A DNA stretch of 63,734 nucleotides, filler included, from Octopus bimaculoides (lineage: Eukaryota), in the NCBI RefSeq assembly GCF_001194135.2. It is 10 parts of 10 records of this genome, joined end to end, with 100 filler letters (N's around TTAATTAATTAA, not from the genome) between each part and the next. Parts side by side here need not be neighbours in the genome. Positions count along the whole stretch, not along the records: positions 45,620 to 54,964 come from NC_068985.1; positions 55,065 to 59,072 come from NC_068996.1; positions 59,173 to 61,352 come from NW_026416042.1; positions 61,453 to 62,581 come from NW_026423107.1; positions 62,682 to 63,734 come from NW_026417518.1; 5 more parts are not named here. One strand, 5' to 3'. The translations under genes were made by a program, and so were the position numbers. A model generated the notes under the pieces. It ran no database searches. It saw nothing but the letters and a program-made list of their open reading frames with translations, and had not been told where the DNA came from. Below are positions 49,434 through 62,724 of the stretch, one piece after another. Positions within the stretch are counted from its first letter, which is position 1. Each line of letters begins with the position of its first letter.

Positions 49434-50207
49434 NNNNNNNNNNNNNNNNNNNNNNNNNNNNNNNNNNNNNNNNNNNNNNNNNNNNNNNNNNNNNNNNNNN
49501 NNNNNNNNNNNNNNNNNNNNNNNNNNNNNNNNNNNNNNNNNNNNNNNNNNNNNNNNNNNNNNNNNNNNNNNNNNNNNNNNNNNNNNNNNNNNNNNNNNNN
49601 NNNNNNNNNNNNNNNNNNNNNNNNNNNNNNNNNNNNNNNNNNNNNNNNNNNNNNNNNNNNNNNNNNNNNNNNNNNNNNNNNNNNNNNNNNNNNNNNNNNN
49701 NNNNNNNNNNNNNNNNNNNNNNNNNNNNNNNNNNNNNNNNNNNNNNNNNNNNNNNNNNNNNNNNNNNNNNNNNNNNNNNNNNNNNNNNNNNNNNNNNNNN
49801 NNNNNNNNNNNNNNNNNNNNNNNNNNNNNNNNNNNNNNNNNNNNNNNNNNNNNNNNNNNNNNNNNNNNNNNNNNNNNNNNNNNNNNNNNNNNNNNNNNNN
49901 NNNNNNNNNNNNNNNNNNNNNNNNNNNNNNNNNNNNNNNNNNNNNNNNNNNNNNNNNNNNNNNNNNNNNNNNNNNNNNNNNNNNNNNNNNNNNNNNNNNN
50001 NNNNNNNNNNNNNNNNNNNNNNNNNNNNNNNNNNNNNNNNNNNNNNNNNNNNNNNNNNNNNNNNNNNNNNNNNNNNNNNNNNNNNNNNNNNNNNNNNNNN
50101 NNNNNNNNNNNNNNNNNNNNNNNNNNNNNNNNNNNNNNNNNNNNNNNNNNTTTTGCTAATTTCTATTTCAAGATATTATTATTATTATTATTTTATTATT
50201 ATTATTA

Positions 50208-50281
<74 letters not shown>

Positions 50282-50835
50282 GAGTAAGAGAGCAGTGCGT
50301 GCCATCAAAGTAACACTGGGGCAAAATGTATGAAGGTCAGTATACCCATCATGACCACCTGTCTGATAAGGGTACACCAGGCACATGCATCTCGACCATA
50401 TGTGCGCGACATAGTAATCTCATATCAAGATAAACAGCGCATGACTCTGCAGGTGGGGCCTAATTAGAATTTTTGTTCAGGTCGAGTAGCCCATCCTGCT
50501 GAAAATGTCCCTGAATAAGATTTGTTTAAGAATGATGAACAAAGCACCCATGTTTCGATAGGTGAATTATCCAAACCCCAAAGAATTCCTCGCAACACAT
50601 GGCTATGATGCTCCCCAACTACTGCGCGTTATCAGAGATGCACATATCGTCAGCCAATAAAGGCCATGCTCAACTGGTTAAGGTCAAGCAGCTGACAAGC
50701 AAATCTGTGCTATTAAGCAGAATATTGGCTGTAGCCCATCTTTTATACCACGACAAAACAATGTACATGATAACACTTCCAGTCAGTTAAGATGAGAAAC
50801 CACGAGAGTCACTGCCTGGTACTGCATCAGGACAT
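50282..50835. mobile_element. About 550-bp non-coding interspersed element flanked on both sides by (ATT)n
   Basis: A partial inverted copy at 42843-43024 abuts (AAT)n at exactly the same element end (gagt[a/g]agagagcagtg). Confidence 0.7.
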
Positions 50836-50895
50836 ATGATATATTATTATTGTTGTTGTTGTTATTATTATTATTATTATTATTATCATTATTAT

Positions 50896-50942
<47 letters not shown>

Positions 50943-51491
50943 TGTCCTGGCCTTTGTAGCAAATAAAGAAATCATTATTGTTAATATCTGTTTTCTTAAT
51001 ATTATTTCTATTCTATTTTTGTTAGTTCTTTACATTCATTCTTTTTTCTTTACTTTTCAGCCTCATCGTCTGTCTCTTCCCCACCCTCTCTCTCTCCCTC
51101 TCCCCCTCTCTATCCCTGTGTCCCCACCCCAGTCTCTTTTTCTCTCTTCCCAGTATTTTTCGCCATTGTGAACAATCTTGTTGCCTAAAACAACCAATCA
51201 GATTACAGGAATATTTACAAAAATAAAAATAAAACGTTGACCAAGGTCTTATTTCTAGAGCCTTCAGTACATGACACGTTAGGAATTCATCTTTGCTTTG
51301 TTTCTGTTATTTTGTCCAGGTTTTTTACATTTTATCTATATTATTTGTTCTTTATTTCTGTTTTCGTCATTTGCTTCTCAGTGCTTTCAATTTTTTTTAT
51401 TACCTTTTCGACTCCATTCAAACGCTTTACTCCTTCGTTCTCTTTTTTTCTCTCCCTCTCCGTATCAAAAATACGTAGTGTAGTTTTTTGG

Positions 51492-51512
51492 CAGCAACAT
51501 CAGCAGCAGCAT

Positions 51513-51597
<85 letters not shown>
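51492..51597. repeat. (CAG)n switching to (TAG)n
   Basis: Direct observation. Confidence 0.95.
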
Positions 51598-52999
51598 TCA
51601 GTTATCATTGAAACAGGACTAAAGTAAATGACATACAAAAGGCTTGAAATTGCTTGTTTGTTTTTTGCCTCTATATTGCCTGGGATTCTGAAACAGAATA
51701 TAATTGAACTGCCATTTATTTTCGCCATTTCCATGGTGCTTTCTCCAGGCCTCTGTTTAATATTACCAAAAAAAAAACATTATCAGCAAGAGGATTAATT
51801 AAAGCGTACACAAAATTTTTCGGAATGTTACGGTTAACATATTTTATTCCCTTAAGCATCAAAATTGCAAATTAATAATCGATATACAATGAAAGACAAA
51901 GGAAAAATTATATAGTATGCATTTGTTTTTTGTTTTTTTTTTCTTTTTTCAAGCAGACATGGGAGACAACTCAGAGCATGTTATCGTTTGCTTCTTGTTT
52001 CAGCATATTCTTTATCAATGATTCAAAGGTGATAGTCACATTTAAAACAATAGCTGAATTCGATGAGTTGTTAGTGTCGGACAGGGTGTTTTAAGATACT
52101 CTCTCCTGTTGTCTGTGTTCAAATCTAAGTCTCATATTATTATAAGTCGAAATAAGAAATCAATCTACAGTAAATAAAAAATGGTATTTGCAAATGACCG
52201 ATAGAATTATATTCATATATTTACGAGTAAGTATGAGAGACAATTCCAGGTATGTTTGGTCGTAGTGAAAAACAGTCATATAGGTAAAAATATTAGATTA
52301 GCTATTACATTTGTTGGTGTAGGTAAACAGAATTGATTAAAAAATAAAATCAATCTAAGAAGCCATTTACGAGTAAAATATCATGTAAATATTTTCAACT
52401 TATTTAATTTAAAGGATGACTGAAAATAAATAGTCAGAAGATAAATGATTTTTTAGTTATATTACATTTCCCTCATTTATACGGGAGGATGGGGGTCTTC
52501 TCTAGATGTTTTGATGTTGTTCTCAATTTATTAATGACCCATATCCTTCACTGCATATTATAAAGCCATGTTAAGAATTATTCTTATTGCTTACTCTCTG
52601 TTGATGCCAGATAAAAGAAATAATATAATTTAAATGTAATTTTCCATCTCATACCTTGATAATTGTGATACACTAGAGGTGATAAAAGTAAACGGATATC
52701 TGATGTTTGCGACGATAGACATTCAGGTGTAGTATTGACTGAACTCTAGCTTCATTGAATTAGCGTCAAAGTAGCTGAGTATTCTACAAACACGCGAACC
52801 CTTAACATAATCCTGAGAAAGAAGCTACATGACATAGACTGTAAGAAGGTTGTATCTTTATTAAATTTCCAGTACAATCCACCCAATTTCTTTCCATATC
52901 TTCTTTTTCTTTCTTCGGTTGCATTGCTTTCGCGGATTCCCATGACTCCCGGTCGTCATCCAATTCCATTCTTATGAATTTTAAATGGGAGCTTCAGTC

Positions 53000-53420
53000 A
53001 TGGCAAATATTTCATTACCTGATTACATAACCATGGACACCGCCTCTATGGGTGCATTATACTTACTTTCTTGATAGAACTTGATGATCCTGACCGTTGA
53101 TCTACTAGAATTCCTCCTCCCAACAACAATGTAAGAAGCGCCGTTGGCTCAGCTGAGCTCCGCTGCCACCGCTTCACAATCTACCATGTGGGTATTTTGA
53201 AAATACCTCACCGAGTGACGACCGTACCATCCATAGTTATTGGTTGCTCTTTACCATGGTAGAACACCCATTCAGCTACCCTATCAGGGGTAGAGCGCAG
53301 TCTTCCATATAGTTTCTCCTTATCCAATTTGATTCACAAAACTTGGTAAAAGACTCTTTTTTCTATTGCCTCTGGTTGAAACAAGGACTTGGTGAATACG
53401 AAGAAAACTTCTTAACCATT
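53000..53420 (-). pseudogene. Possible decayed LINE apurinic endonuclease remnant
   Basis: Fragments VFFVFTKSLFQPE, VAEWVFYHGK and CEAVAAELS*ANGASYIVVG, in APE-like order but in different frames. Confidence 0.25.
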
Positions 53421-54065
53421 CAGCCCTGTTGTGTCCTTTCTTCATAATACATGAATTGTGACAGTCTCATTATAACCACTGTTGGCCATAACATGCCATC
53501 ACTGCAGTTCAGGCAGTACACATCACAGTAAACAGTACATCCCTTATGACATACAACACTAACTGGTATTCCGTTGCTTGCAACGATGAAGGTTCGAGTT
53601 GATCAGCCTACACATGAAATTAACGTGCAAGTGGCTGAGCTCTCCTCAGAATCGTATAACATTCACGTAGTTGTCAGAGAAATTCAGTATGACGCAAAGG
53701 GCGACAAGGCTGGCCTTTTGAAATACAGATACTATTCATTTTCGCCAGCTGAGTGGACTGAAGCAATGTGGAATAACACAACGTGAGAGAACGCAATGCC
53801 CTGCCAGGGATTGAACTCACGACCTTACGATAGTGAACCGAATACCCTAAACACTAAGCCACACACCTGTGCTGCTTACTACATAATTGCCGTTACAACA
53901 ACACTCTTCTTGGTCTACAGTAGAAGCAAACCAATGAGTAATCACATACAGTGTCACTCAACAAGCTAGAAATAGCAACACAATTGCTCGCAAATCATAC
54001 ACTACTACAGTAGTTGCTAAACATTTTGTACTTGAGTCGAACTTTAATACCAATAAATTCATTTT

Positions 54066-54420
54066 TGTGTGGTAGGAAGTTTGCTTCCCAACAACATGGT
54101 TCCGGGTTCAGTCTCACTGCGTGGCACCTTGGGCGAGTGTCTTCTACTATAACGTCGGTTTTACCAACGCCGTGCGATTGCAATTGAAAGACGGAAACTA
54201 AAAGAAACCCGTTGTGTGTGTGTGTGTGTGTGGGTGCGTGCGCGTGCGTGTGTGTTTGTGTGTGTATTTGTGTGCGCGCGCGTTTGTGTCTACCACCGCT
54301 TGACAACCGGTGCTGGTTTGTTTACGTCGCCGGGCTTTAAATAAGTACTGGGATCGATTCATTCAACATAAAATAGGTGGTTCATTATGGCTGCAGTCTA
54401 ATGACTGAAACAAGTAAAGG
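54066..54420 (+). mobile_element. SINE family 1
   Basis: Same head, core and tail blocks. Confidence 0.75.
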
Positions 54421-55064
54421 ATAGAAGATTAAAGGAAGATATATTTTGCCTATAACTATATCAAACGTGGGCAACCAATATTATTTTACGACAAATCATA
54501 AGATCCGCAGTAGATTTTGCAAGTCACATCATTTCTCTTTTCTACAACGTATTTCTGTATGTTGTATTTTTTTATTATTATAATATTCATCAAGTATCTG
54601 ATTATAGTAATTACCTTAATTAGTTTTGATTTAAACTCAAGAAAATTATCAATTACCCAGTAACATAAGCTTGTTGTTTGGGGGCGATGTATTTGGGATA
54701 AACATAACCTCGTTTTATCTTCCAGCACAATTTAACTCTCTCTTTCTCGCTTTTTCTCTCTCTCCCTCTCTCACTCTCTCTCTTTCTACCTTTTTCTTCC
54801 TGTTTCTTTCTTTCTCTTCTTCTTCTTCTTCTTCTTCTTCTTCTTCTTCTTCTTCTTCTTCTTCTTCTTCTTCTTCTTCTTCTTCTTCTTTCTTTGTTTC
54901 TGTTTCTGTTTCTCTCCACTTCTCTATCTCAGTCATTTTCTCTCTCTCTCTCTCTCTCTCTCTCNNNNNNNNNNNNNNNNNNNNNNNNNNNNNNNNNNNN
55001 NNNNNNNNTTAATTAATTAANNNNNNNNNNNNNNNNNNNNNNNNNNNNNNNNNNNNNNNNNNNN

Positions 55065-55338
<274 letters not shown>

Positions 55339-56065
55339 AGAAGAAGAAGAAGAAGAAGAGCAACAACGACAACTACTACTACTGTTACAACACAAAAAAG
55401 TTATATACGAATACTACAACCCTGTACCGCAACACTATGCCCAAAACACAAGAATAAACTCATAGAGTAAAGACCTACAGGCGGTGCTCTGTCAAAAAGC
55501 TAACACTATAAAATCGGACCCATCTCTTAATGTCATTGCAAAAACGAATAAGAGAATCCCAAACAGAATGATGGACAGATGATGGCGACCACAATGAAGT
55601 GGGATACTAGCGTTCCAAGCAGATTTGTTAGGGAAACAATTGTAACAAACCTTTAAAGATGTGTTAAAGAATTTCTTTGTCTTATTACTTGGATTATATG
55701 TGTGTGCGTGTGTGTGTGGGTACATGTGCGTGTGTGTGTTTGCCTGTATGTTTGTCTGTCTGTGCGTATGATATTAATCGCTATATGGTTGGTGATTAAA
55801 TACTTTTATCAGTTCAGTGAAATGGAGCACAACCAAATCACGATGTATAGTTTGAAAACACAATACCTTATCATGAAAGTGGAGAAATAGTTGTCATACA
55901 ATATCATCTTAATATGAGACAATTTCTAGAGATGCTTCCAAAATAATGAATATTGGACCATTTTTACTGGGGTCATATTCCACCATAAAATTAATCCTTA
56001 TATGTGACTAAATATGTGTGTGCATACATGTATCTATCTCTCTCTCTCCCTCTCTCTTTCTTTCT

Positions 56066-56097
<32 letters not shown>

Positions 56098-56682
56098 NNN
56101 NNNNNNNNNNNNNNNNNNNNNNNNNNNNNNNNNNNNNNNNNNNNNNNNNNNNNNNNNNNNNNNNNNNNNNNNNNNNNNNNNNNNNNNNNNNNNNNNNNNN
56201 NNNNNNNNNNNNNNNNNNNNNNNNNNNNNNNNNNNNNNNNNNNNNNNNNNNNNNNNNNNNNNNNNNNNNNNNNNNNNNNNNNNNNNNNNNNNNNNNNNNN
56301 NNNNNNNNNNNNNNNNNNNNNNNNNNNNNNNNNNNNNNNNNNNNNNNNNNNNNNNNNNNNNNNNNNNNNNNNNNNNNNNNNNNNNNNNNNNNNNNNNNNN
56401 NNNNNNNNNNNNNNNNNNNNNNNNNNNNNNNNNNNNNNNNNNNNNNNNNNNNNNNNNNNNNNNNNNNNNNNNNNNNNNNNNNNNNNNNNNNNNNNNNNNN
56501 NNNNNNNNNNNNNNNNNNNNNNNNNNNNNNNNNNNNNNNNNNNNNNNNNNNNNNNNNNNNNNNNNNNNNNNNNNNNNNNNNNNNNNNNNNNNNNNNNNNN
56601 NNNNNNNNNNNNNNNNNNNNNNNNNNNNNNNNNNNNNNNNNNNNNNNNNNNNNNNNNNNNNNNNNNNNNNNNNNNNNNNNNN

Positions 56683-56723
<41 letters not shown>

Positions 56724-56724
<1 letters not shown>

Positions 56725-57563
56725 GAGGTAATATCAAAAAGTTCCCGGACTAGATCTGTAGCGTGCCAAGTGATTGCAACACATAGTCGCATGTGCAGCG
56801 AAAGCTAGCAGTGACATTTATGAGGCAGTGTGCCGACTGATATCACTGTGCTTGCTTCGGAAGTTGTGAAATTTGTGTTTTGCGATCACGTGTATGCTGT
56901 AGCCTGCGATTTTAAGCCTACGTGACATTTTGCGTTAAACTTAGGAAGTCTGCTACAGCGACAATCAGCATACTTCGACAAGCTTCCGGCAACGAGGCAA
57001 AGGGCCGTACGAAATGTTTCGAGTGTAGTGACACTGGCGATCAAAAGCGGAAGAACGTCCCTAAAAGATGATTATTAAACTGGAAAACCTTCCATGAGCG
57101 TCAACGCTAGAAATTCACGAGAATTCGTCCCCCAAAGGCAAACTATCAATCTGCGAGTGAGGGAGGACATCTGGTGAAAACAACCAGACCCGTGGAGCGC
57201 AAAAAATTGGATTCTTCTCCGAGCTCTCCTCATTCGTGAGTTTCTTGCCAAAAACAACATAGTACCGCTTCGGTACCTGCCCCATTCGCCAGATTTAGCA
57301 CCTGCGTACTTCTCCAAGATGAAAATATAGCTGAAAGGTCACCGTTTTAACACCGTTATCGAGATCCAAAGCGAATCGCAGAGGGTCCATGACTCGCTTA
57401 CGGAAAACGACTTTCAGGCCGGATTCCAAAAGTGACAATCACGCTGGCATCGGTTTATTGCTGTGCAAGGTGACTATTCCGAAGGAGATGATATTAAAAT
57501 TTTGGTAAATGAGTTATATTTTAGTAAATATAACTAGACCGGAAAACTTTTGATTCCACCTCA
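56724..57563 (+). mobile_element. Internally deleted mariner transposon
   Basis: About 30-bp TIRs (TA-cgaggtaatatcaaaaagttcccggactag / ctagaccggaaaacttttgattccacctca-TA); transposase remnants FCVKLRKSAT, EFLAKNNIV, LPHSPDLAP, LKGHRF, QGDYSEG. Confidence 0.9.
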
Positions 57564-57624
57564 TACATACACACACACACACACATAGTGTATATATATA
57601 TATATCTATCTATCTATCTATCTA

Positions 57625-57673
<49 letters not shown>

Positions 57674-58406
57674 NNNNNNNNNNNNNNNNNNNNNNNNNNN
57701 NNNNNNNNNNNNNNNNNNNNNNNNNNNNNNNNNNNNNNNNNNNNNNNNNNNNNNNNNNNNNNNNNNNNNNNNNNNNNNNNNNNNNNNNNNNNNNNNNNNN
57801 NNNNNNNNNNNNNNNNNNNNNNNNNNNNNNNNNNNNNNNNNNNNNNNNNNNNNNNNNNNNNNNNNNNNNNNNNNNNNNNNNNNNNNNNNNNNNNNNNNNN
57901 NNNNNNNNNNNNNNNNNNNNNNNNNNNNNNNNNNNNNNNNNNNNNNNNNNNNNNNNNNNNNNNNNNNNNNNNNNNNNNNNNNNNNNNNNNNNNNNNNNNN
58001 NNNNNNNNNNNNNNNNNNNNNNNNNNNNNNNNNNNNNNNNNNNNNNNNNNNNNNNNNNNNNNNNNNNNNNNNNNNNNNNNNNNNNNNNNNNNNNNNNNNN
58101 NNNNNNNNNNNNNNNNNNNNNNNNNNNNNNNNNNNNNNNNNNNNNNNNNNNNNNNNNNNNNNNNNNNNNNNNNNNNNNNNNNNNNNNNNNNNNNNNNNNN
58201 NNNNNNNNNNNNNNNNNNNNNNNNNNNNNNNNNNNNNNNNNNNNNNNNNNNNNNNNNNNNNNNNNNNNNNNNNNNNNNNNNNNNNNNNNNNNNNNNNNNN
58301 NNNNNNNNNNNNNNNNNNNNNNNNNNNNNNNNNNNNNNNNNNNNNNNNNNNNNNNNNNNNNNNNNNNNTATATATATATACATATACATATATACATATG
58401 TATATT

Positions 58407-58444
<38 letters not shown>

Positions 58445-59300
58445 CATATATATACATATATATATTCATATATAAATATATACACACATATATATATACA
58501 TATATATATACACACACACACATATGTATACATATATTATATATATGTTTTTATTTTTTATGTTCTCGTTTCTCATTTCGTTCACGTTTTTTTACGTGTA
58601 TATACACATATATATATATAATACAAATAATATATGAGTATATGCATATATACGTACATGTATGTACATACCTACATCTACATGTATATATAGATGCATA
58701 TCTGGGTACAGGACGTTGCAAAAGAACATGGACAAAATGATAAACGAAGTACAGAAAATACACAGGCCATAATAGAGAACATTTCCTTCATCAGCTTATA
58801 TATATATATATATATAAATGTATGTATATATATATTTGTGTGTGTGTCTCTCTCCAACATCGTTTAACAACCGATGTTAGTGTATTTGTGTCCCCGTAAG
58901 TTGATGGTTCGGCAAAAAAGACCGACAGTATAAGTACTATTCTTACAAAGAATAAGTCTTGGCGTCGATTTGTTCGACGAAAGACAGTGCTCCAGCATGG
59001 CCACAGTCAAATGACTGAAACAAGCAAAAGAATAAAAGACTATATATTTATATACATATATATATATATATANNNNNNNNNNNNNNNNNNNNNNNNNNNN
59101 NNNNNNNNNNNNNNNNTTAATTAATTAANNNNNNNNNNNNNNNNNNNNNNNNNNNNNNNNNNNNNNNNNNNNATGCAATATCCCGACTCACTCCTGTATG
59201 TTATAAAATATGGAATATTGTACCTCCTCAGGGTCAGATTTGATAAATTGATAAATTCATAGCAGACAGAAAATAAACTGCTATATACTATAAAAAAATA

Positions 59301-61050
59301 TTTTATAAGTTAATGGTCAAAGAGGTAAATCTAGTAAATAATACTTATGTAAAATATAGTCTACTCAAATGTACATAATCATATCAAATAATTATATTTC
59401 ATTTAAAGTTTAGAACAGTAATGAGACTTTTTATGGTTATGTAAACAAGATAAATTAGAGACTATAAATTGTAAATAATGAATAATAATAAATAAAATAA
59501 ATTAGGTTACATTCAGATTGCAGCTATCAAAGTTTAAGAAAAATTATAATAAATCAACTTAGTAATGAGGTTTAAATACAATATTAAAATATTTTTTATA
59601 AGGGTGACCTAGTTAACAAAATCACATATAGAGCCTTCAGATGTTTACATATAAATAAACATACGTTTTTATTTTATTAATCTATTTTATCAATCTAATT
59701 TGGAGAGGTTAATTAACTACATACTTTGATATTATTTTAATTTGGTTTAGCTTTAACTACATACCGGGATATTATATTAAATTTGTTTAGCTTTAATTTA
59801 ATATATAAGAATTGGATGAGATATGACGGCTCGGCCATCTCTCCCCAGTTCTTATATTAATCATTAAAATCCAGAAATACAACAACACGAGGGATAATGG
59901 TAACAACAGATCAATAATTTATTCTAGGTTGGTGTAGAGCCGTTTCATTCCTGGGTGAACAGGCATGCCGCTAGAATACCAAGGAAGCTTTGACCACATG
60001 TCGGTATCGAGTTGAGAGAGCACTGGAAGATATGTGTTGTCACGACCGCTGCTAGATAGAGAAGAGGACGAACGCTATTGCTCTCTCTCCACCTGTTGCA
60101 TTGTGCATGCGTGCCCGGGTACTTCCGCTGACGGAAAGTCCCTTGCACATGCGCAATTGCACTTCCCAAGATGGCGGCCACACGCGCCACTACAAATATA
60201 ACCTTTTCATATTTGTAAAATGATAAGTTTGGTTCCTAATTTATTGAAATTTCCCTTATAATTCTTTGTATAGATGACATCGAAATTTTGTTTGACTGCT
60301 TACTTTATCATTTTAATCCATTCATTTATTTAATCTTATTACNNNNNNNNNNNNNNNNNNNNNNNNNNNNNNNNNNNNNNNNNNNNNNNNNNNNNNNNNN
60401 NNNNNNNNNNNNNNNNNNNNNNNNNNNNNNNNNNNNNNNNNNNNNNNNNNNNNNNNNNNNNNNNNNNNNNNNNNNNNNNNNNNNNNNNNTCTCTTTGACC
60501 ATGCAAAAAAAATTCTTTTATGTTAATTTTTAATTTTATTATAATATATTACAGATAAAATTTTTTTAATTGAGTTGGGTTTTTGTTCTCAAGTATCTAA
60601 TGAATTATTTGATATAATGGTGTCGTTTTAAGCTAGTTACTTTACATCATAATAGTTTTACTTAATTTTTCATTTATATTTATATGTAAGATAGTAACGG
60701 TTATATCGTAATATTTGTTTACTTTTTACGTTATCGATTAAATCCGTTCCTTCTTTTGATATTCTTTTAATATTGTATTTAAACCCCATTACTAAGTTAA
60801 TTTATTATAATTTTTCTTAAACTTTGATAGCTGCAATCTGAATGTAACCTAATATATTTTATTTATTATTCATTATTTACAATTTATATTCTCTAATTTA
60901 TCTTGTTTACATAACCATAAAAAGTCTCATTACTTTTCTAAACTTTAAATGAAATATAATTATTTGATATGATTATGTACATTTGAGTAGACTATATTTT
61001 ACATAAGTATTATTTACTAGATTTACCTCTTTGACCATTAACTTGTAAAA
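59301..61050. mobile_element. About 1.75-kb element with about 287-bp AT-rich terminal inverted repeats
   Basis: 59301-59589 is the reverse complement of 60765-61050 with a few substitutions and indels; the interior has a GC-richer block and a gap. Confidence 0.75.
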
Positions 61051-62329
61051 GTTTGATAGTTGTCATAGAGACTGTGGTGTTATAGGCTGTGATGAGCTGG
61101 TGGAGAGAGATGAGGCAAACAGAAGTGAAGCCATACCGGAAGGGCCAGACCGGAAGGGTCAGACCGGAAGTCGGCCAGACGCGGTCGAAGGCCAGCACGT
61201 GCGTTGGTCAGAAAACAGAGAGGTTACGAGAAAGACGTGTTTAGATCAAGCGTGATTGTGTACTCCGCTGCGGTCGACAAGGTAAGGTCCAACGTTTTAT
61301 TTTGTCCTTTTGCTTCTTGTTGTCTTTTTCCTCCATCACACCACAAGCTATTNNNNNNNNNNNNNNNNNNNNNNNNNNNNNNNNNNNNNNNNNNNNTTAA
61401 TTAATTAANNNNNNNNNNNNNNNNNNNNNNNNNNNNNNNNNNNNNNNNNNNNAAGAGAAAGAGAGAGTGTCTGTGTCTATGTATTTATAGTGATGAGAGA
61501 GAAGTGAAGAAAAGAACAGTGGAAGAGAGATTAGGGGTCTGAGAGAAGAATTATGGGATAATGGAATGAACTAAAAAGATAGAGAGTGTATCTACGTATT
61601 TAGAGAGAAGCAATAGAGAGAGGGGAAAAAAAGACGGTATGATGGAGAAGAGAGCGAGAGAGAAGTTATATAAACTCTTGAAAAGGATTCGACTTGGATA
61701 GGGAAAAATAAATAAATAAAGGAACAAACAATTATATATCTGTAACTAAAGAAATTCTCTTAAATCAGGAATAATGAAAGTTAAACCTGTCTACAATAAT
61801 CTCGTAAGTCAAAAGCAAAACAAAACACCTTATGTACATTTAACCTTCTATTTTCCCTAATAATAATAATAAGCTTTCAATAAACGACAGAAAAAAAAGA
61901 ACACATAGGTACTTACCTAGTTTTTCCAAAGAGAGATGGGTATTTCCAAGGCAGTGGAAGATTTTAAACTTCTTTTCAAGCTATGGTGATACCATGTGCT
62001 GCTAAATACAAGACATTGTTAACGTTTTCTATGTTCGTAAAGGCTCCTACTTCTTCTGTATATATATTCTGTATATATATTCCTACTTCTTCTATATATA
62101 TATTCCAGACGGTTTTTCTGTAAATTTGTCTTGTTACTTTCACTCAAAAGTTATTCAGACAAATTTTTTTTCCTCTTTTTCTTTTTTGGTCGTAAATCGA
62201 AGTTATTTTAGAATTTTCGTAAAGTCCACGTGTTGTATTTGCAATGTTTATAATTCATACATTCGCAAAAGAAAGCTTCTTCCTCCTTACTATATTTCAC
62301 TTTTTTAATTTCTTGAAGTGTACTCTATA

Positions 62330-62581
62330 TTAATAAATATATATATATATAAATAAATATATATATATAAGTAAATAAATATATAAATAAATATATATAT
62401 AAATAAATAAATATATATAAATAATATATATATATATAAATAAATATATATAAAGAAATATATATATATATAAATAGATATATATAAATAAATAAATATA
62501 TATATATATATAAACAAATATATATGTATATATAAATAAATATAGATATAAATAAATAAATATATATATATATATATATAT
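62330..62581. repeat. A/T-only low-complexity array (ATATATAAATAAAT variants)
   Basis: Direct observation. Confidence 0.9.
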
Positions 62582-62681
62582 NNNNNNNNNNNNNNNNNNN
62601 NNNNNNNNNNNNNNNNNNNNNNNNNTTAATTAATTAANNNNNNNNNNNNNNNNNNNNNNNNNNNNNNNNNNNNNNNNNNNN

Positions 62682-62724
<43 letters not shown>

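Noticed and set aside
50700-50835. HDV-like ribozyme at the end of the 550-bp element
   Set aside because: A CTCTCGTGG resembles the L3 loop, but P3 and P1 pairings could not be built.
59945-60190. 81-aa ORF inside the long-TIR element as a transposase start
   Set aside because: No recognisable motif; cannot be supported without a search.
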